DNA from: Dipteris shenzhenensis
Lineage: Eukaryota
Assembly (NCBI GenBank): GCA_047967505.1
Contig: CM106538.1
DNA: 64,000 nt
Direction: 5' to 3' (one strand)
A program made the translations under genes and the position numbers. A model generated the notes under the pieces. That model did no database searches, was not told the DNA's origin, and worked only from the letters and a program-made list of their open reading frames with translations. Below, in pieces: positions 25,701 through 36,705 of this stretch; the first letter of the stretch is position 1; every line of letters starts with the position of its first letter.

Positions 25701-25914
25701 CGTTAGCACTTAGCCCTGGTATGGCCTTGTAGGCTAGTCTTAGGACTTAGTCAACCCTTAGGTTGACTTCGTTGGTCAACCATATGGTTGACTTCACAGC
25801 CATATAGGCCACCCCTTTGTACTTTCTCATTATCCATTTGGAAGTACTTCGTGTTCCTTCAGCTTGTTGTTTGCTCCCTTGCACTCCACTCCCATTCCAT
25901 TGCTTCCCGCACCC
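25701..25914 (+). repeat. 5' LTR of intron-1 copia (initial TG mutated to CG, terminal aaca lost)
   Basis: Aligns with 32351-32566 at roughly 90% identity by eye. Confidence 0.93.
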
Positions 25915-28602
25915 GGTATTAGAGCATGTTCTTTTGCTCCTACTTGCCTCCCCTTGTGCTCTCCCATTGCTCCTACCTGCCAATTTACTCCAGCTCAGTC
26001 TGGTGCCTAATTTCATCGCCAGAAACCTTTTTTTGGAGCAGAAAAAACATTCCAACGACTGTTTTTTGACTTTTGGAGGTCTGATTTCGACGTTTTTTAA
26101 AATTTCTGAGCTGCCCGCATACAATTGACCGTGTCCCACTGACCCTGTCCCGCACTAGTTCAGCCGTTTTTTTTTTTGGGGGTACGTACAGTTGTACGGA
26201 TGTTTGTATGGACACGCGCGCAACGCTGCCAAGAATCTGTATGACTTGTCAAAAGTTGATTTCGAGCATTTCAGCCTCTTTTTTTGAGGTTTTTTGCTCA
26301 GATTGGGAATCTTTTCAGTCATTCGGGCTATCCTCCAGCTGCTCCAACCTACTCTAGCACCATTTGGCTAGGATTTGCTCCCTCTTGACTCAGATCTACC
26401 TAGTACTGTTTTTTGAGGGTTTTTTCTGAGATCTGGACTCTTTTCAGTCATTCGGTCCTTCCTCCAGCTGCTCCAACCTACTCTAGCACCATTTGGTTGG
26501 GATTGCTTCCTCTTGACTCAGATCTACCTAGTACAGTTGGATTTGAAGCATTTCACCCTCTTTTATGTCACATTTGCACACATTGCAGTGACATTGAGGT
26601 GATTTTTCTCTAGAAATTGGGGCTTTTGTGTCACATTTGCGGAAATTTGTAGTGACATTTGCTCCTTTTGGTCACATTTTGGGGCTTTTGCAGTACTTGC
26701 CCTATTTTTGACTCCATTTCAACTCCAACTTGGGGGATTTTGGATCTATTTCTGGTACATTGCGGAATAGTTTCAGATTTGCAAGTTATTTCGTCACATT
26801 TGCTAAAGACATTTGGTTGCTTTGATATGAAATTGGGGGTTTTCAGTGACATTCACAAGAAATTGCAGCAAATTTTGGTCACATTTGCAAAATTACAGCT
26901 TATTTTGGGGCTTTTACCAATTTGGCATAATTGCCCTCTCCAAACTTGGGGCTTTTGCCAAATTTGCTGATTTCTGCAGCATTCTTTACTTGACACAGCC
27001 AAATTTGGGTTCTATTTGCATTTGCCCTTCAATTTGAGCCATTTGTCCTTTGACATTTGTGGCATTCAGCCACTATTTGGGACAGATTCAGCTCGGATTT
27101 GCATTGAACAGATTTGCAGACCTTTGCCCTTTGATTTGGACTGGTCATTTGAAAGACAGCTATTAGCAGGGGGGTCCTGTGATTGCACTTATATTTTCTT
27201 GCGGGTCAATTTTTGGGGACAGCTTGTGCATTTTGCTCAGTGTTTGAGAAGCCATCTTTGTAGACATTTGCTGTCATTTTCATTTGCAGAGCACTTTTGT
27301 TTTCATTTGCAATGGCAAACCATGAATCTTTTGGGATGCTTGTTGCTGAGGACAAGCTTGGTGGCACCAACTTGGTGCGCCACCTGTTGGTTTCCAGAAA
27401 CTTTTGGGGAATTGTATTTGGATCGGAGACTAGACTTGTCTCTTCATCACAAGCCCCTTCTGCCACTTCTGCCACTTCTGCCACTTCTGCCACTACTCCC
27501 TCCGTGCCTGCCGTCGACTCTCCAACACAAGAACAGATTTGTTGGGATCAGTGAGATGGACATGCACATGCAGTGATTGTCATGAATTGCAAGAGAGTTA
27601 TTATACCTCACATTCGGTCTTGCAAAACAGCCAAGGCTGCATGAGACACTTTGGCCAGTCTTTATCATATATGCAATGAGGCCAAAGTTGCTTATTTGCG
27701 CAGACAGCTTGACAATGTTAAGATGAATGAAGGGGGCAGCATGGACGCCTATTTGACACAGGTCAAAGACTTCAAAGAGCAGCTCATCAATGTTGATGAG
27801 ATTGTACCAGACTCATAGGTTGTCTACCACACTTGATGGGCTTCTTGACTCATATCAGGGATTTGCTACAACACTTTGACTAGTGGCCATGGGTAACACC
27901 AACCACTATTCTTTTGATCAACTTGTTTCCCTACTCCTATAGGAGGAGTAGAGTCGCCAAAACATTGCTGCGTTCACTCATGGAGATCAAGCCTTAGCTA
28001 CAGATCACAGGGGCAAAGGAAAAAGGGGAAAAAATGACAGCAAGCCCAAACCTACATCTAGTACCTCATCCTCTTCCTCTCCTGCCAATGGGAAGAAGAA
28101 GAAACGCTGCAATTATTGGAGGAAACCAGGTCATGACATCTTTGAGTGCTGGAAGCGTATTGCTTGCGAGAAGAAGCATGGACAGCCAGGACAGCAAGGT
28201 CTTGTTGTCACAAATACTCCAGCTGCTAATGTCACAAATATAGAGGCATCCAATCTTGCTCATGATGAGTGGGCATTTATTGTGGGGTGTCATTATAATC
28301 CTACTTTGCATGATTCAGCTTTTGCGGCCTCAAATTCTGTCTCAGACTGGTACTTTGATAGTGGTGCTTCCAAGCACATCAGTTCTTGCAAAAATCTCAC
28401 ACTCATTGAGTGGTGTTCCAAAGGGGGGCACAATCACTTGTGCAAATAATGCAGCATTTCCCGTGAAAGGGATTGGTCAAGTGCTTGTCACTGCAGTGTC
28501 AGGTGATACCATTCCACTTGTGGAAGTTTTATATGTTCCAAGTATAAAAAAGAATCTGATTTCTATCCCAGCAATCTCCACACATGGCTTCAGAGTTCTT
28601 TT

Positions 28603-29345
28603 GATTTGGCAAAATATGGAGTCATTTCTTCCCAATTCCATAGATTTTCCCGCCTTTGTACAACTAAGGAGTAAAATAATGATAAAAGTTCGCACATTCT
28701 TAGATATGAAGTCTTTTATCTATGGTGTTTCGGCCTTAGGTTTGTTTAGAATGATTGAACATAAGCTGAAAACAAAAAGCGGGGAGCTGAATAGCCATTT
28801 TTCTTTTAGTTTCAAAAGAGAGTTTGTTTGAGTATACTTGTGCTTTCTAAGTTAGAAACGTATTTTTGCCTCTTTGTAGAAACGATACATAAGTGTAAAG
28901 GGCCATTTAGCTTTTCATGTTTTAAATAAGAGAGAGAGAGAGTTTCTAGTTTTTTGGAAGTTTTTGTTTCTTGACTTGTTTGTTTATTTTTACTGAGTCA
29001 CCTGCTTCGTTTCTTCTTTTTTTCTTGTTTTCATTCTCTTTTGTTTATTTGACGTATTTTAGTAAGCACTGGGTTTGCCCAAGAGACTCCACGGGTCTTT
29101 AGAAACCCAATATAGCTGCTTATGCTTGGGCACTGATGACGACATAAGTGTTGTTTTGCTTGCTAAGTATGTCTTCCTTTTGTTTTTCATAAAAGTTTTT
29201 GTTTACCTCTTTTTTCTTCTCTTTCATTTTCTCTTTTATTTTCTTTGTAGATTTTTGATCTTTAGAACAACAAAAATTCTAAATTTGTATGATTGGACTT
29301 ATTCTAGTCTTACAAAGGTATACACAGCGATAACCATCAAAAAGA
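28603..29345 (+). mobile_element. Putative Penelope-like element (PLE) 3'-end/pLTR fragment nested in the copia element
   Basis: Interrupts copia pol just after the protease. Encodes LAKYGVISSQFHRFSRLCTTKE and, after a frame change, KVRTFLDMKSFIYGVSALGLFRMIE, resembling the PLE RT C-terminal region. Followed by a hammerhead-like fold and a GT-AG intron (29167-29250). Confidence 0.65.
29069..29153 (+). ncRNA. Degenerate type III hammerhead-ribozyme-like motif
   Basis: GUU triplet (29073-29075), then stem I tgcccaag (29076-29083) pairing with cttgggca (29125-29132), immediately followed by CUGAUGA (29133-29139) and a stem II hairpin. The GAAA expected after stem II is absent. Confidence 0.45.
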
Positions 29346-32300
29346 ATGTGGTTAATGATAATCAGTACGACAACTATTTTGTACTTACTGAAACACGTGC
29401 AAGAGGGCTATATCATCTTGACATGTATGCACTGCTAGCAGGCTGCTATAGAAGCTAATGCTGTGGCTGAATCTGTAATTTGTCATACAAATCTATGGCA
29501 TGAGGGATTGGGACATCTCAACTTCAACAGCTTGGTGAAAATGCATTCACATGACGTGGTTGTAGATGTTCCACCCATGCATGCACTTAAAAAACATGTA
29601 TGCGAGGGTTGCTTGTTGGGCAAAATGCATAGGTTTCCATTTCCCAAGGACGGGACCCTTGGTGGATCTAGGTAGTTGCATCTCGTACATAGTGATGTGT
29701 GCGGACCGATGCGGACAGCATCACTTGGGGGGTACTATTACTTTGTTTTTTATAGACGACTTCACCAGGTTCACTTGGATATATCCCATGAAGCTAAAGT
29801 CAGATGTCTTCTCTTGCTTCAAACATCAGATCACCTTGGTAGAGAATGAGAGTGGGGAGAAACTCTTGACCTTCCACACCGATAGGGGGGTAAGTACTTG
29901 TCCCGAGCATTTTCTAAACTGTTAGTAGCCCGGGGTATCATTCATCAGTGCATAGTGGCCTACACTCCGCAACAAAATGGACTTGCCGAGTGCAAGAATA
30001 GAACCGAAATGGAAAATGGGCAGGTGCATGCTTAATGGAAAGTCTTTGCCCAATAAATTCTGGTTGGATGCGATTATGTGTGCCAACTATGTGCTCAATC
30101 GAGCACCCACGCGGGCATTGAAGACCATGACTCCCTATGAAGCATGGACAGGTCGTAAGCCTGTCATTTCTCACATGCAGATGTTTGGGTCTCTTGCGTA
30201 TGTGCATGTACCCTCTCAATTTAGGCATAAGCTTGATGATAAGGCTGTCAAATTCATCTTCATTGGCTACAGCTCACAAAGCAAAGGTTACAAGTTGTTT
30301 CAGCCTAGCATAGGCAAGTTGATTGTCAGTAGGGATGTGGTATTAGATGAGCATGCCCCTTTACCTTGGCTGGACTGTAAAACACAACCTTCGGTGGAAG
30401 CCTTTGATGTGCTTGATTCTATTCCGCCTTTCACATATATAGAAGACACAGTGCAGAGCTCCATGTGGCTCCAAACCTTCTAGCAGCTCCAATCCTCCTC
30501 TCGTTGCTCCTGCTTAGCCTGATTTTTCACCGCCAGATGGCCATGCTATCGAGCAAGCAGTTCAAGAGGATAGGGCTGTCATGAGATAGTAAAAATCAGT
30601 CCCTCATTGGCTTTTGGATACCTTAGGGACAGCAAGCAAGATGCGCCCTTGGTTGCGCGCACTAGAGGGGAACAAAAACAAATGCATGGCAATTTACTTG
30701 AGCTGAATGTTGCTTTGATTGCCACTGCCTGGAATGAGGAGCCTTTATGTCACAAAGATGCATTTTAATGGATGCAGGTCATGAGAGCTGAACTTGATTC
30801 CATTCAAGCAAATGACACATGGGACTTGTGTGATTTGCCTGCAGGCAAGTGTGCCATTGGCACAAAGTGGGTTTACAAATTGAAGCGCAAAGCTGATGGT
30901 AGTGTTGATCGCTACAAAGCTCGCCTTGTTGCAAAAGGTTATGTCCAGCAGCATGGTATTGACTCTGAAGAGACATTTGCTCCCACTTCACGCATCACGA
31001 CCATTCGATGTGTCATCGCTCTTGCATTTGACAGGCATTGGGAGGTCCATCAGTTGGTGATCAAGACCGCCTTCCTTCATGGGGATTTAGTGGAAGAGGT
31101 CTATGTCACTCAGCCTCCAGGATTTGAACTTCTAGGGTCTGAAACTAAGGTATGCCGCTTAAAAGGTTCTTTATGGTTTGCGGGTGTGGTATGCCAAGAT
31201 ACATTCTTTTTTCCTGTGCCTTGGGTTTCAAAACTGCCCTATGGAGGCTACTCTTTATGTCCGGAAGAGTGAATTATAATTTTTGATTTGATTCTATATG
31301 TGGATGACATGCTCATCATTGTTCCAGACTTGCAGAAAATTGCAGATTTCAAGGCAGCTTTGCAAAAATCTTTTGCCATGACAGATATGGGATGGTTGCA
31401 CTATTCCTTGGGCATCAGTTTGCATATGTTGAGTCAGTCCAAGTACATTGGACAGCTCTTAGAATGCTTCCAGTTTGAAGATTGCAAGCCAGTTTCTACA
31501 CCATTGGAGCCTGGCTTTCGTTTCTCCTCTGTGGATGGGAGTGCACCATTTGATGCCACCCTTTATCAGCAGGCTGTGGGCTGAATTATTTATTTAAAAT
31601 ATGTCATACTCGGCCTGATCTTCAATATGCCGTCTCTTAGTTGAGCAGGTACATGCACATGTCTAGTACATAGCATTGGCAAGCAGTGAAGCGGGTCTTC
31701 CATTACTTGAAGGCCACACAAAATTTGGGACTGTTCTATGGTGCTGAGTCTCCAGTGGTCTTGCATGCTTTGATGGATAGTGATTGGGCAGGTTCTTATG
31801 ACACGAGTGTCCCACAGTGGCAACTATTTCATGCTTGGATTTTCATGCATTTCATGGTTCAGCAAGAAGCAACCTACAATTGCTACTTCCAGTTGTGAAG
31901 CTGAATATAGGGCAATCTTCACAGCTACAGTAGAGAGTGTCTGGCTCCGTAAGCCATCCAACTTCAGCCATCCAACTTCTACTACCATCCACACTGACAG
32001 CTAGAGTGCTTTGGCTATTGCGAGAAACCCAGTGTTTCATGCATGCACAGAGCACATTGAGGTTCATTATCATTATGTTTGAGAGCGATTGTCAGCTGGA
32101 GACATACAGTTGTCCTATGTTCCCACGGAGGACAACTTAGTAGGTCTCTTCACGAAGGCTTTACCATGGCCCCAGTTTGAGGCTTTTCGACATGCCTTAC
32201 ACTTGGCACCATTTGTTGCATGATTTTGATCTCCTTGTACTGTCATAGGTTGCTATATCCTTCTTGGACAAATATGTGCAACCATAATATAGTTTCAAGG

Positions 32301-32350
32301 TATACCTGAGATGTATCAAGGATACTTCAGCCATACCATGGAGCGGGGTT

Positions 32351-32566
32351 TGTTAGCACTTAGCCCTGGTATGGCCTTGTAGCTAGTCTTAGGACTCAGT
32401 CAACCCTTAGGTTGACTTTATTTGTCAACCATATGGTTGACTTTGGGGCCATATAGGCCATCCTTCTGTACTTTCTCATTATCCATTTGCAAGTACTTTG
32501 TGTTCCTTCAGCTTGTTGTTTGCTCCCTTGCAACCATTCCCATTCCATTGCTTCCCGCACCCAACA
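32351..32566 (+). repeat. 3' LTR of intron-1 copia
   Basis: TGTT...AACA; preceded by ggagcgggg and followed by TSD GATAG. Confidence 0.95.
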
Positions 32567-33390
32567 GATAGTTTGTTATATTTTGGTCTTGGGCATTTTC
32601 CTGTTGATGGGATGCTTTGCTCAAAGTCTTGTTGATGGATGGACCTCTTGTTGATAGAGGAAGGGCAAGCATATTATAAACAACCTACTTGTTTGGAGGC
32701 GGGATTGAAGGAGTAGTGGTTGTTCTAATTCACATTGAGTTGACTGAAAGTGTAGTAAAGACTTGATGTAACTCTTCAGTTACTGAATCTTCAATTTAGT
32801 AAGCAGATGCAATGTTGTGAGCTAACTGAGAGGTAATGACTAAGGTTGCTATTCTCTCATTGACTCTACCCCGCCAATAAAAGCACTGATTTATTCCAAG
32901 ACGTACATGGGACGTGTCCCCCTTAAACCTGCGGAGATCCTAGAGAAATCCATCCTATGTACATGTTCACTTGGCATGGTGTGCTCACCGGGACTACAAA
33001 TGATGATCTGGTCTCTCTGTAGGGCTTGTGGGTATACCATACAATAGATATTCTCTGCGCTATTGCAATCTTTAGATGAATGCAATCCAATGGCTCAAAC
33101 CCAATGAGATCCCTACATTTGGAACTCATGTACACATAAGGGAATTAGGTATTCAAGGTGTATTTTGAGTTTTTTTTCTGAATTTTGAACAAGATTGAGC
33201 TTCAAAATCTTGCACACGCTTTTAGGTAGGTAGTGCTTTCATAAATGTGAACAAAATTCTTGTAAAATGTATCCTTGATTCATAATTGTTATACTTGCAA
33301 AATTAAATGGGCGTCAAATCTATTCTTTCCTTAAAGGCTGTCATCTATCATCTTGTGAACCTTTTAATGTTTCGTGGTTTGTATTTTCAG

Positions 33391-33546
33391 ATTTCCTCCC
33401 CTACCATCATTGTAGAGCGAGCTGGAAGCTATGCTTGGGTGCACAAAAATTGGAGGGTTCGAGAGGAGTTTGCACGCACAGTGGCATCCGCAATCAATCT
33501 CTTTGCGGCAACAGAGCTTCCTTTTCAACGTTTGCTTCTGCCATCG
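33391..33546 (+). CDS. CLASP: CLASP exon 2
   Basis: tttcag|ISSPTIIVERAGSYAWVHKNWRVREEFARTV...LLLPS|gtaaga. Confidence 0.97.
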
Positions 33547-33691
33547 GTAAGACAATGTAACACTTTAATTATCTGTTTCTGCCACTTGAAAGACATGAGA
33601 GCAACAGAAAACTCTTTTTTCTAGGGAATTCCTTGTTCATTTAATTTCTGATTGGTTCAGAAATGACTTACAATATTTCAACTACTCGCAG

Positions 33692-33754
33692 GTATTGCAG
33701 CTGTTAGAAGACTCCAACAGCAATGCCAGGGAAGCAGCAATGGTCTGTTTAGAG
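33692..33754 (+). CDS. CLASP: CLASP exon 3
   Basis: cgcag|VLQLLEDSNSNAREAAMVCLE|gtatga. Confidence 0.93.
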
Positions 33755-33992
33755 GTATGAAGGAAATGTTGAAAATTCTGGGCGGAGTATCTTCCAATTA
33801 TGTGTCAGGAGTTTTGCTTGAAGATGGCTTCTTGCAAGCGAGCTGTGGTGAAGAGTGTGAAGCTTGTGGGGTGGGGCCTGCCCATTGAGTCGGGCATGGG
33901 CTGGTCAGGGACATTTGTAGAGTGTGTTGGCAAGGCCTTCCAAAGAACAGGATCATGGATAGGACATGGTGATCTATTTTCCAAGAGTTTCC

Positions 33993-34032
<40 letters not shown>

Positions 34033-34888
34033 TGTATTAATGTCCGCATGAGACCCTTTAGGGTCTATGGGACTGGTGATCACTATTAACAAATAGTGGT
34101 CTTTTTACATCTAGTGAAAGGAAACACTACTAATTTGCTATGTAGTGAGTACTTGTCGAGTTAGCCTGTGTGCTAGTCCAAGTACCTTGTTGTGGTGTTC
34201 CAAGACTTTTTAAGTAGCTTCCTAGCTCTTTGGCTGGCTGCTCCCAACAGATTTTTCAGGTTGCTTAAGCTGTCCTCATAGCTTTCCCTAATGTGTGCAT
34301 AAGATCGACACCTTAGGAGTACATGCTGCTCATTTTCTAGCTCTCCGGTGGGGCTGGTTTTGTAGATTCTATCCTCTCCTGGGACCTTGGGTCTTGCCTA
34401 CCTGTCCTTCTCCACCTCTAGATCATGTGAGTGGGTTCTGGTTTTGCAGATTAGATGCCTTTTAAACATTGATATGTCTTCCCCGAGGTGTTTTTGCATT
34501 CCATGGCTGTCCATCGGATTAATTTCCTGTTTGGAAAACTACATTTTTGCCCCCGGTTCTTGCCATAACGTTTGTAGCATTTTCTGCATCACTAACTCCC
34601 TGATTTCGCATGTATCGTCTGGTATATAAGCAGCCGTTATGTCCCATAATCCCATCCATTTCATCCCCTCTATGTCCAGTGATTTCCGTAGCTTCCATTG
34701 CCTTGTGTGGTATGCTACTGGCATCCATCTTCTGAACCTTGTCGAGGTAGGCCATGAATTGGCATAATGCTCTCCCTTCGAGAGATATCATACCTGTCTC
34801 AGCTAGTATGGGGTAAGATGTCTAAATCTTAACCCCTAGCTCCTATGTAAAGTTTCTATTCTTTTTGAGTAGGTCCTAGAGAGCCTGG

Positions 34889-35257
34889 GTGTCAGAGAAA
34901 CAAGGTACGAAACATCCAAACCTCATGTGCGGAATAGTCCAAGAAACCCTGTCCAATCACTCTAGACACACTCCCAAAGAGACAGAGCAGATGGGAGAGA
35001 AGAAGAGAGAGACAACTCAGACTTAATTCATCCACAAAAGTGGGAACAACAGTTCTCAATAGAGCACAAAACTTCCAGCCAAGGTGCTGGGTACAAAACA
35101 GTAATCCTAGATGATTACTATGCTTAGATCTGTACTGTAGAACAGTCCACACCACTCTCTAGTCCGCTGCCTTGCTGAAGGGATTCAATGAATGTGATAA
35201 TGTGTGGAGAGCTAGAGGGGGGTTTATATAGGCTGACAACTCCTTGGAAACAGCCGA
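34889..35257 (-). mobile_element. Partial LTR remnant
   Basis: Begins tgtcag exactly where LINE homology stops; TATA on the minus strand at ~35225. No partner LTR or TSD. Confidence 0.45.
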
Positions 35258-36705
35258 CTAGATGTCAAGCTTTTGCCAAGCTTCTGAAGGAGACTCTAAG
35301 TCAGAGATGTGATGAATATAATCATCTCCTAAAGCAAGAGCAATGATGCCATATGCTTTCTCCTCTCTAGCGGGATCGCTTGCCGGGCGTGTCGGAGCTG
35401 AGGATTCTCCAGCATTGGAGGCTGTTGAAGAAAAAGTTGAAGCCGGTTTGACAAGTCCCCAGAGGTTTTCCCTCATCAATGCAAATTTCACCTTCATCTG
35501 CCATGTGTGGAAGCCCTTACCATTGAACTTATCTATATTCAATATGGTAGCCATGAGAGGGTCTAACCCAGGTATTGGGCAGTGTCTTCTCTCTTACAAG
35601 GCTAGAATAACAACTGAAAAGCTTCAAAATATAAACATTCAATGTAGCAAAGTCTTGTGACCAAATTTCAATCAATGATGCTTTCACTTATATGCTTCAC
35701 AGAGGTGGCTAAATGAAAGCTTTCCAAGCAAATCCAGGTGTAGCAACTCAAAGCAAAGCTGTAGCCATAGTTGTACTGATGCTTTTCAAAACTTCAAAAA
35801 CTCAGAAATGCTAAAGTAGCATCTAATGTAGCATCACTTTCACAACCTTGTCAAAACTGTCAAAAACAGAGGCCTGAACTTGGAGGGCTTGTATCTTACT
35901 CTCCAAAGCAAAGAAAAAGGGGCTTTTTGAAGCAAAAGAAAGCTCTTATACCAGAGAAGATCGACTGAGGAGGAGAGGCGCAATTCTGCGTCAGGTTGCC
36001 ATAGCTCGCTTCTTCAAAGTCGACTAGTTTTTCTCTGTTTTCTCCTTGAATATGCAGCCATTGCTGCTTAGATTTCAGCACAAGATAGCCTAAGGTATGG
36101 AGAAGCTTCTCCTGAAAGGAATTAGAGAAAGAAGGAGTAGGCACAGGGAAAACGTAGAACAGAGATTCGACGATCTGCGTGAAATGGCGACCAGCAGAGA
36201 TGGAGATGCTTCAATTTCTTGCAGCCAAAGGTTCGCCCCTTTGAGAGGTATTTCCAGCAGGAAGGGCTTGGAGAAAGGTGGAGAACTGAGGGAGAACAGG
36301 CTTTAGCAAGATTTGGGAAGGAGGAGGAGAAATGGTGAAGATGAAGAAGAAGAAGAAGAAGAAGAAGATGATGTGGCAGAAATGGGCTCAAGGGGGATCA
36401 AAGGGCTCTGATACCATGTTGGTAAACTGAAAAGAAAGCATGGAGTGGACACAAACTCAGAATTCTTGCTTATGGAATGAAGAAAGATGAGGTCCTTAAG
36501 TAGGTACCTCTTACATGATCACTGACATCACTGATGACCTCTGAGCTCCACAATCATCTCCTCAATCTGCTCCTAGATTCTCTCAATCATCCTATGTGGC
36601 TTCTACCACCACCTAATTGTGCTTATGGGCACCTAACTATGCCTCTAGCACACACACATAGAAACCAAGGTGTGCTTGAGGCATACACCTTGAGATATCC
36701 CAACA
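35258..36705 (-). mobile_element. 5' part of a Ty1/copia element (LTR, PBS, gag start) inserted in gypsy RT
   Basis: LTR 36417-36705 (tgttgg...ccaaca); perfect Met-tRNA PBS (gctctgatacca, 36405-36416); gag MATILNIDKFNGKGFHTWQMKVK. Confidence 0.9.

Larger units (their letters stand above)
25701..32566 (+). mobile_element. Full-length decayed Ty1/copia element in CLASP intron 1
   Basis: LTRs 25701-25914 and 32351-32566; TSD GATAG on both sides; PBS remnant ggtattagagc (25915); gag MANHESFGMLVAEDKL (27312); knuckle CNYWRKPGHDIFEC; protease WYFDSGASKH; integrase FIDDFTR; RT KWVYKLK/RYKARLVAKG/YVDDML; RNase H SSCEAEY. Confidence 0.96.

Noticed and set aside
32706-32793. Tiny LTR (tgaag...cttca) after a purine tract
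   Set aside because: No second copy or TSD found.
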